Part shown: piece by piece, positions 57,163 to 64,000 of the stretch
How the letters are laid out: each line of letters begins with the position of its first letter
Position numbering within the stretch: the first letter of the stretch is position 1
DNA from: an uncultured Acidobacteriota bacterium
GTDB lineage: Bacteria > Actinomycetota > Acidimicrobiia > Spongiisociales > ZC4RG35
Direction of reading: 5' to 3'
NCBI GenBank assembly: GCA_963780755.1
Contig: CAWACX010000002.1
Span: 609,813-673,812 of the forward strand
Length of the DNA: 64,000 nt
Translations under genes and position numbers: made by a program
Notes under the pieces: generated by a model
Database searches by the model: none
Seen by the model: only the letters and a program-made list of their open reading frames with translations
Told to the model about the DNA's origin: nothing

Positions 57163-58349
57163 GCGGCGCAATCGTCGGTGTCCTTCCCGATGAGAGAGGG
57201 CGGTTCGGGCCATTCGGCGGGCGCTATGTGCCCGAGATCCTGGTGCCTGCCTTGGAACGTCTCGAGTCGGCTGCGTTTCGCCTCCTCGAGGATCCGGGCT
57301 TCCTGGCCGAGCTCGGTGGGGAAATGTCGAGCTGGGTGGGCCGGCCCACGCCGCTGACCAGGGCAGGCCGCCTTGGTGAAGCGTGGGGAGGCGACATTTG
57401 GCTGAAACGCGAAGACCTCGCCCATACCGGCGCCCACAAGATCAACAACGCCATCGGTCAGGCCCTGCTCGCCCGGGAGATGGGTGCGGGAAGGGTCATT
57501 GCCGAGACCGGCGCCGGTCAGCATGGCGTCGCCAGCGCCGCAGCTTGCGCCCGGGTCGGCCTCGATTGCACGGTCTACATGGGGACGGTGGACATCGAGC
57601 GCCAGGCGCCGAATGTGGAGCGGATGCGCCTCCTCGGGGCGAAGGTGGAACCGGTCACCAGCGGGGATGCCACCCTGCGAGCGGCGATCAACGAGGCACT
57701 TCGCGACTGGGTAAGCGACCCCGAGAGCACCTACTACCTGCTGGGCTCCGCCGTCGGTCCCCATCCCTATCCGTGGCTGGTGCGCCGCTTGCAGTCGGTG
57801 ATCGGAACCGAGGCAAGGCACCAGATCATCGAGGCCACCGGGTCCCTCCCCGACGTCGCCATCGCATGTGTCGGCGGCGGCTCCAACGCTATCGGGCTCT
57901 TTCACCCGTTTCTCGAGGATCCGGTGCAACTGGTCGGAGTCGAGGCCGGTGGCCGCGGCCCCGGCCTCGGGATGAATGCAGCTCCGATCGCACACGGCTC
58001 ACCGGGTGTGCTCCACGGCAGCTTCTCGTTCCTCCTCCAGGACGCCGACGGCCAGGTCCAAGAGACCCACTCGGTGTCCGCCGGCCTCGACTACCCGGGG
58101 GTGGGGCCCGAGCACTCCTGGCTCGCCGAGTCGGGGAGGGCGGTCTATGAGGAGGCTTCCGACGACGAGGCCTTGTCGGCACTGGACGAGCTCGGCCGCA
58201 ATGAGGGGATCCTGCCTGCTCTCGAGTCCAGCCATGCCCTGGCTGCCGCCCGGCGCTGGCTGGTAGGCCATCCAGGTTCCACCGTCCTGATCGGGCTCTC
58301 GGGACGGGGGGACAAGGACATCGACATCCTGCGCGGGTTGAACCGATGA
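57159..58349 (+). CDS. trpB: tryptophan synthase beta chain
   Basis: 396 aa; PLP-Lys context [12 protein letters not shown]; GGGSNA; intact. Confidence 0.93.
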   Translation: MSGAIVGVLPDERGRFGPFGGRYVPEILVPALERLESAAFRLLEDPGFLAELGGEMSSWVGRPTPLTRAGRLGEAWGGDIWLKREDLAHTGAHKINNAIGQALLAREMGAGRVIAETGAGQHGVASAAACARVGLDCTVYMGTVDIERQAPNVERMRLLGAKVEPVTSGDATLRAAINEALRDWVSDPESTYYLLGSAVGPHPYPWLVRRLQSVIGTEARHQIIEATGSLPDVAIACVGGGSNAIGLFHPFLEDPVQLVGVEAGGRGPGLGMNAAPIAHGSPGVLHGSFSFLLQDADGQVQETHSVSAGLDYPGVGPEHSWLAESGRAVYEEASDDEALSALDELGRNEGILPALESSHALAAARRWLVGHPGSTVLIGLSGRGDKDIDILRGLNR

Positions 58350-59110
58350 CGACTCTGGAAACGGGATGGGCCCGGCTCGAAGAGCGTTTGCGTCCGGGTG
58401 GCGCCATCGTGCCATACCTCACGGCCGGTTACCCGACGTTGGGCCGCTTCGTCGAGGCCCTCTCCCTGGTGGCGGAGATCTCGGAGGCAGTCGAGATCGG
58501 GATCCCATTCAGTGATCCCATGGCCGACGGGGCCACCATTCAGGACTCGAGCCGGATCGCTCTCGAGCAAGGGGCAACTCTGGAGTCGATACTCACCGCA
58601 CTTGAGGCCGCTGGCCCGCTCACTTCGCCGTTGGTGGTTATGAGCTACTTGAATCCGCTGATGGCCTTTGGATTCGACCGGTTGCTGCCGCGCCTCTCCG
58701 CAGTGGGGGTTTCAGCACTCGTGGTCCCCGACCTCCCCCACGAAGAGGGCGCCGAGCTCAAGGAGGAGGCCAACGGCGCGGGTGTCGGGCTCGTGGAGCT
58801 GGTGACTCCGGTCACCGCCCCGGACCGGCTCCGGCTGCTGGGAGCGGAATCACAGGGATTCACCTACGCAGTCACCATGACCGGAACCACCGGCGGGAGC
58901 GCCGAGATCGACAGCGACACCTACGACTACCTGAACCTGGTTATGGAGGTCTCCAGCCCTCCGGTGCTCGCCGGGTTCGGGGTGCGGAGCGTCGAGCAGG
59001 TGGCGGCGCTGTCGGGCTACTGCGACGGTGTCATCGTGGGGAGCGCCCTGGTCGAGGTCTTGGCCAACGAGGGCGACCCGGTCAGCTTCCTCCAGGGACT
59101 GCGCCTGTGA
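58346..59110 (+). CDS. trpA: tryptophan synthase alpha chain
   Basis: 254 aa; [13 protein letters not shown] catalytic region; overlaps the trpB stop. Confidence 0.92.
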   Translation: MTTLETGWARLEERLRPGGAIVPYLTAGYPTLGRFVEALSLVAEISEAVEIGIPFSDPMADGATIQDSSRIALEQGATLESILTALEAAGPLTSPLVVMSYLNPLMAFGFDRLLPRLSAVGVSALVVPDLPHEEGAELKEEANGAGVGLVELVTPVTAPDRLRLLGAESQGFTYAVTMTGTTGGSAEIDSDTYDYLNLVMEVSSPPVLAGFGVRSVEQVAALSGYCDGVIVGSALVEVLANEGDPVSFLQGLRL

Positions 59111-60147
59111 TCGCGACGCTGGCATCCGACTGCACTCTCGCCCAGAAGGCGGCGATTCTCCGATTCATCGAGGGCTACGGGCTTCGGGTCCACGTCGGAG
59201 AGGCCGGATCGACCACGGTGGTCAGCATCATCGGTGACCCGGAACCGGGCATGGCCGAGGAGATAGCGGGCCTGGTTGGTGTGGAATCGGTGAGCACCGA
59301 GGCTCCGCGGTATCCGTTCGTGGCCCGGGAGGCGCGCAACTCCCCGACCACGGTGAGAGTCGGCGATGTCCTCATCGGCGGCACCGAGCTGGTGGTGATC
59401 GCCGGGCCGTGCTCGGTCGAGTCCGGTGATCAGATCGCCCGCATCGCCCGTGGGGTGGCCGCGAGTGGGGCGGTCCTCCTCCGCGGTGGGGCTTTCAAGC
59501 CCCGGACCTCACCGTATGCGTTCCAGGGACTGGGCGAGGAGGGCCTGCAGCTGCTCGCCGCGGCCCGGGAGGAGACCGGGCTCGCCGTGGTCTCGGAGTG
59601 TGTTGCCCCCGAGGACGTCGATCTCATGACCAGCTATGTCGACATGCTCCAGGTGGGAAGCCGCAACATGCAGAACTTCCGCCTCCTGTCGGCGGTCGGG
59701 GAGCAACCGAAGCCGGTGCTGCTGAAACGAGGGCTGATGTCCACGATCGAAGAGCTCCTGTTGGCCGCCGAGTACATCGTGGGCTCCGGGAACCCGCGGG
59801 TGGTTCTCTGTGAGCGCGGCATCCGCTCCTTTGATCCCTCGACACGGGGGACGCTCGACATCAGTGCGGTCCCCGTGCTCGAGGAGAAGACCCATCTCCC
59901 CGTGATCGTCGACCCGAGCCATGCCGCCGGAAGGCGGTCCCTGGTGCCCAGCCTGGCCACTGCCGGCGTCGCAGCCGGTGCCGACGGGCTGATCATCGAA
60001 GTCCACGACCGCCCCGAGGAAGCCCTCAGCGATGGGCCCCAGAGCCTGACCCTGGAAGGGTTCGCCGAGACGATGGACACGGTGAGCCGGGTCGCAGACG
60101 CACTGGGCCGGCCGTTGGCCGCCTTGCGCACCGCCGCCGCCGGCTGA
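59107..60147 (+). CDS. 3-deoxy-7-phosphoheptulonate (DAHP) synthase, type I-beta with N-terminal ferredoxin-like regulatory domain
   Basis: 346 aa; KDO8P/DAHP synthase TIM-barrel motifs (CSVES, KPRTSPY, GSRNMQN, DPSHA); overlaps the trpA stop. Confidence 0.85.
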   Translation: MIATLASDCTLAQKAAILRFIEGYGLRVHVGEAGSTTVVSIIGDPEPGMAEEIAGLVGVESVSTEAPRYPFVAREARNSPTTVRVGDVLIGGTELVVIAGPCSVESGDQIARIARGVAASGAVLLRGGAFKPRTSPYAFQGLGEEGLQLLAAAREETGLAVVSECVAPEDVDLMTSYVDMLQVGSRNMQNFRLLSAVGEQPKPVLLKRGLMSTIEELLLAAEYIVGSGNPRVVLCERGIRSFDPSTRGTLDISAVPVLEEKTHLPVIVDPSHAAGRRSLVPSLATAGVAAGADGLIIEVHDRPEEALSDGPQSLTLEGFAETMDTVSRVADALGRPLAALRTAAAG

Positions 60148-60156
60148 GCCACCCCC

Positions 60157-60720
60157 TTGGCGACCCTGACCACCCCGCGGCTTCGACTGCGGCGCTGGCA
60201 GGACGAGGACCGGAGACCCTTCGCCGTGATCAATGCCGACCTCGAGGTGATGGAGCATTTCCCGGGTCCACTCGACGCCGAGGCCTCCGACCAGTTGCTG
60301 GACCGGATCGAGCAGCATTTCGACGAATACGGCTACGGGCTCTGGGCGGTCGAGACCAAGGACGCCAGGGAGCTCATCGGGTTCTGCGGGCTGGCGGTGC
60401 CGACATTCGAGACGGACTTCACCCCGGCCGTAGAGATCGGGTGGCGACTTGGCCGAGACCATTGGGGCAACGGATACGCCACCGAGGCGGCCCGCGCCGT
60501 ACTCGACTACGGCTTCGGCGAGGCGGGGTTGGATCCGATCTTGAGTTGGGCTGTGCCTGCAAATCACCGCTCGCTGGCGGTCATGGCGCGCATCGGCCTC
60601 CGACCGGCTCCTGAGCTCGACTTCGACCATCCCCGGCTCATGGGCGACGACCGGCTGCGCCGGCACGTCGTCTACAGGATCAGGCGGGAGGAGTGGCTTC
60701 GCCTCCGGCCGTCTCTCTGA
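60157..60720 (+). CDS. GNAT-family N-acetyltransferase (RimJ/RimL-like)
   Basis: 187 aa; PRLRLRRWQDED N-terminus, acetyl-CoA-binding GNGYATEAARAVLDYGF; TTG start, uncertain. Confidence 0.75.
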   Translation: MATLTTPRLRLRRWQDEDRRPFAVINADLEVMEHFPGPLDAEASDQLLDRIEQHFDEYGYGLWAVETKDARELIGFCGLAVPTFETDFTPAVEIGWRLGRDHWGNGYATEAARAVLDYGFGEAGLDPILSWAVPANHRSLAVMARIGLRPAPELDFDHPRLMGDDRLRRHVVYRIRREEWLRLRPSL

Positions 60721-61621
60721 ACATCTCGCCGATGGCGGCGATGCTTCCCAACACGCCCGAGGTCTCCAGGGGGAGGAAGATCTTGGTCGCCTGACCCTCG
60801 GCGATCCGCTGCAGGGTCTCCAGGTAGCGGATGGCGATCAGGTCGGGTGTCGGGTCTCCGTTGTGGATCGCGGCGTACACCCGCTCTATGGCCTGTCCCT
60901 CGCCTTCGGCAACAGTGAGCAATTGGTATTGCTCGGCGTCGGCCACTGTCTTGATCGCCTCGGCCTGGCCAGTGGCTTCGAGGACCTGGCTCTCCTTGAA
61001 GCCTTCCGCTTTCAGGATCGCGGCCCGCTTCAGCCCTTCGGCCTCGGTGACTGCGGCACGACGCTCCCGCTCCGCCTTCATCTGGCGGTGCATGGCGTCG
61101 GTGACGTCCACTGGTGGCTCGATCCTCTGGATCTCGACCCGGACCACGCGCACTCCCCACTTGTCGGTGGCGTCGTCGAGGATCTGGCGCAGCTTGGCGT
61201 TGATCACCTCACGGGAGGTCAGCGCCGAGTCGAGGTCGAGGTCGCCGACCACGTTTCTCAGGTTGGTCTGGGCGAGCTTGGTCACGGCCAGAATGAAGTT
61301 GCCGACGTTGTACTCCAGCTTCACCGGGTCGGTGGCCTCGAAGTAGATGACGGCATCGACGGTCACCACCACGTTGTCCTTGGTGATCACCTCTTGGGGT
61401 GGGACGTCGATGACCCGCTCCCGCATGTCCACCTTGGTCAACCTCTTCACGAAGGGAAGCACCCAGCGCAACCCGGAGTCGACCGTTCGCTGGTATCGGC
61501 CGAGGAACTCGATGAGGCCTTTCTCGAAGGGCCTGACCACCTTGAACCCGGCGGCTGCGATCAAGATCAGCACCAGCGCCAGGACGGCGAACAGGATTAC
61601 GACTGCCTGCGTTGTCTCCAT
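60680..61621 (-). CDS. SPFH/band-7 (stomatin-like) membrane protein
   Basis: 313 aa; N-terminal TM helix, SPFH core, long coiled-coil/Ala-Glu-rich tail. Confidence 0.88.
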   Translation of the reverse strand: METTQAVVILFAVLALVLILIAAAGFKVVRPFEKGLIEFLGRYQRTVDSGLRWVLPFVKRLTKVDMRERVIDVPPQEVITKDNVVVTVDAVIYFEATDPVKLEYNVGNFILAVTKLAQTNLRNVVGDLDLDSALTSREVINAKLRQILDDATDKWGVRVVRVEIQRIEPPVDVTDAMHRQMKAERERRAAVTEAEGLKRAAILKAEGFKESQVLEATGQAEAIKTVADAEQYQLLTVAEGEGQAIERVYAAIHNGDPTPDLIAIRYLETLQRIAEGQATKIFLPLETSGVLGSIAAIGEMFRETAGGEATPPA

Positions 61622-61638
61622 ACCTTTCCTTCCAATCT

Positions 61639-62127
61639 TCAGCCAGTCTCATCCGGCTCGACCACAAACCGCGTGCCCTGCACCTCGGTGACAATTATCC
61701 GAGCATCCTTGGCGATGGGCATCATCGAGGTGGCGCGCCATTCCTCGGTGGCCACCCGCACCATTCCCGCCCCGCTCTGGGGGTCGATGTCCTCGAGCAC
61801 GATTCCTCGCACGCCGACCCAGCGGTTGGCCCCGACCTTGGGTTGCTCACCTTCGTCCTGCCTGCTGATGAATCGTCGAAGGACGACGAGGGAGAGGATG
61901 GAGACTCCGAAGAAGACCAGCCACTGCGCCAGCACTGCGACGTCGGCCCAGGCCAGGATGGCGGCGGCTGCGGCGCCGATCGCGAAGGGGAGCAGGAAGA
62001 ACCCGGCAGTGAAGATCTCCCCGATTCCCATCACGATGGCGAAGATCGTCCACAGCCAGCGCCAGACCTCGTTGTCCACTGCTACCTCCTGGTGCGCACT
62101 ATCAAGTCGTGACTCTCCGTTTGACAA
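61639..62127 (-). CDS. NfeD-family protein (short form, SPFH partner)
   Basis: 162 aa; two TM helices plus C-terminal OB-fold (GMVRVATEEWRA...IIVTEVQGTRFVVEP); directly upstream of the SPFH gene on the same strand. Confidence 0.8.
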   Translation of the reverse strand: MSNGESRLDSAHQEVAVDNEVWRWLWTIFAIVMGIGEIFTAGFFLLPFAIGAAAAAILAWADVAVLAQWLVFFGVSILSLVVLRRFISRQDEGEQPKVGANRWVGVRGIVLEDIDPQSGAGMVRVATEEWRATSMMPIAKDARIIVTEVQGTRFVVEPDETG

Positions 62128-62263
62128 ACAACATTGGACCGATGCGTGGCGGATCGAAGAGGAAGATGCCGACGATCAGGAAGTTGAGTAGGGATCCCAG
62201 GAATGCCCCAACACTACCGTTATCCCCGAAAGTCCCCAGAGCGCTTCGACTGAAACATTGAGA

Positions 62264-64000
62264 TGAATCCCGAGAAGCTCACCGCCAAGAGTCGCGACGC
62301 CCTCATCAATGCAACTCAGGCCGCGCGTGACCACAACCACGGTCTAATCCAACCGGCCCACCTCGCCCTTGCCTTGCTCGGCCAGCAAGAGGGCATCGTC
62401 TACCCGGTCCTCGACCGTCTCGAAGCTCGGCCGGTGGATTTGCGGCGCGCCCTCGAGGAGGTCCTCGATCGTGAGCCCAAGGTCTACGGCGGGAGCGAGG
62501 CGGCAGCATCGCCGGATCTGAACCGGGTGCTCGCCGCAGCTGACCGCCACCGTGAGTCACTGCGGGACGACTACCTGTCGGTGGAGCACCTGCTCCTTGC
62601 CCTCGCCGAAGACCCGGGCCCGACCGGGGACACCTTTCGCGCACAGGGACTCGATCCGACCGCGATCCTGGAGGCGCTGCAGGCTCTCAGGGGCAACCGC
62701 CGGGTGACCACCGACGATCCCGAGGCGACGTTGAACGCTCTCGAGCAGTACGGGCGAGATCTAACCGCCGAGGCTCGCAAAGGCAGTCTCGACCCGGTGA
62801 TCGGCCGCGATGACGAGATCCGGCGGGTGATCCAGGTGCTCTCCCGACGCACGAAGAACAATCCGGTGCTGATCGGGGAGCCCGGTGTGGGGAAGACAGC
62901 GATCGTCGAAGGGCTGGCCCGCCGCATTGCCGACGGGGACGTGCCCGACGGCCTGAAATCCAAGCGGATCATCTCTCTCGACCTCGGCGCCATGGTCGCC
63001 GGCGCCAAGTACCGGGGTGAGTTCGAGGAGAGGCTCAAGGCGGTGCTCGAAGAGATCAGATCGGCCGAGGGCGAGATCATCACCTTCCTCGACGAGTTGC
63101 ACACCCTGGTCGGCGCCGGGGCGGCGGAAGGGGCGATGGACGCCTCCAACATGTTGAAGCCGATGCTGGCCCGCGGCGAATTGCGGCTGATCGGGGCCAC
63201 CACACTCGACGAGTACCGAAAGCACATCGAGAAGGACGCCGCCCTGGAGCGGCGCTTCCAACCGGTTTTGGTCGAGCCACCCTCAGTGGAGGACACCATC
63301 GGCATCCTGCGCGGGCTGAAGGAGCGGTACGAGATCCATCACGGCGTGCGGATCACCGACTCCGCTCTGGTGGCCGCAGCCGTCCTCTCCGACCGCTACA
63401 TCCCGGCTCGGTTCCTTCCCGACAAGGCCATCGACCTCATCGATGAGGCGGCGAGCCGGCTCCGGATCGAGATCGACTCCATGCCCGAGGAGATCGACGA
63501 GCTGACCCGGCGCCGCATCCAACTCGAGATCGAGAGGGAGGCCCTGAAGAAAGAGAGCGACTCCGTCTCCGCAGAGCGCCTGGGGAGCGTGGAGCAGCAA
63601 ATCGCCGACCTGGGCGAGGAGATCGACGGCCTCACCGCCCGGTGGAACATGGAAAAGGAAGTGATCACCTCGATCCAGGACCTCAAGGAGCAGATCGAGG
63701 AGACCCGGACCGAGGCGGCGCGGGCCGAGCGTGACGGGGACCTCGCCCGCGCCGCCGAGCTCCGCTACGGGACTGCGGCCAGCTTGCAGGCTCAACTCGA
63801 AGAGCAAGAAGCGGAGTTGGGGCGCCTCCACGAGGAGGGCCGCATGCTCTCCGAGGAGGTCACCGAGCAGGACGTCGCAGAAGTCGTTGCTCGCTGGACC
63901 GGGATCCCGGTATCGAAGTTGATGGAAGGGGAGACCCAGAAGCTGATCCGTCTCGAGGAGGAACTTCACCGTCGGGTGGTCGGCCAGCACCACGCGGTGA
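62264..64000 (+). CDS. clpB: ATP-dependent chaperone ClpB, 3'-truncated at window end
   Basis: [22 protein letters not shown]...; NBD1 Walker [16 protein letters not shown], Walker B ITFLDELH, coiled-coil middle domain; no stop before 64000, so absent from the ORF track. Confidence 0.92.

Noticed and set aside
62127-62263. HspR-binding HAIR (CTTGAGT-N7-ACTCAAG) or CIRCE element upstream of clpB
   Set aside because: Only weak partial matches (e.g. tcaagtcgtgactc). No convincing inverted repeat, though a TTGACA -35-like hexamer is present.
1-64000. CRISPR arrays, IS elements, prophage or defence islands
   Set aside because: No spaced direct-repeat arrays, no transposase, integrase or phage structural genes, and no known defence-system domains (RT, nucleases, STAND ATPases) anywhere in the window. 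The only tandem repeats are short in-frame coding repeats (21116-21202 and ~31140-31170).

Overview
High-GC (~68%) actinobacterial (Actinomycetota-type) chromosomal segment that is almost entirely housekeeping. Gene order, in sequence:

- dnaX(partial)-ybaB-recR
- a MoxR AAA+/DUF58/DUF4129 cluster
- glpX-thiolase, methylmalonyl-CoA epimerase, murJ, ask-asd
- a single tRNA-Pro(CGG)
- an ArsR/VOC/orphan-receiver mini-cluster, NfeD, two WhiB paralogs, NUDIX/MBL/M23 peptidase/RDD, Mrp, IscA, RidA, an ALDH7-like dehydrogenase
- a co-linear MFS-glnA-GlnR-like regulator-CGS array
- a Pho locus (ppk, PHO box, pstSCAB, phoU, regX3-senX3)
- dxs, two polar amino-acid ABC systems, a PQQ beta-propeller
- a complete trpEGDCFBA operon extended by a DAHP synthase
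- an SPFH/NfeD pair and the start of clpB

No transposase, integrase, CRISPR array or recognisable defence system is present.

The most interesting things I see:

1. An unannotated Trp-codon-rich leader peptide (WWWRW) with an antiterminator/terminator switch upstream of trpE.
2. A phased GTTCA PHO box in front of a pstSCAB operon carrying more than 10 frame disruptions, while phoU/regX3/senX3/ppk remain intact.
3. A background of isolated single-nucleotide frameshifts in otherwise conserved genes (moxR, M23 peptidase, ALDH, regX3, trpD/C/F), several at homopolymer runs. These look like consensus indel errors rather than biology.
4. An aspartokinase apparently missing one ACT domain.

Many long ORFs in the six-frame track are antisense GC artefacts and are rejected below.
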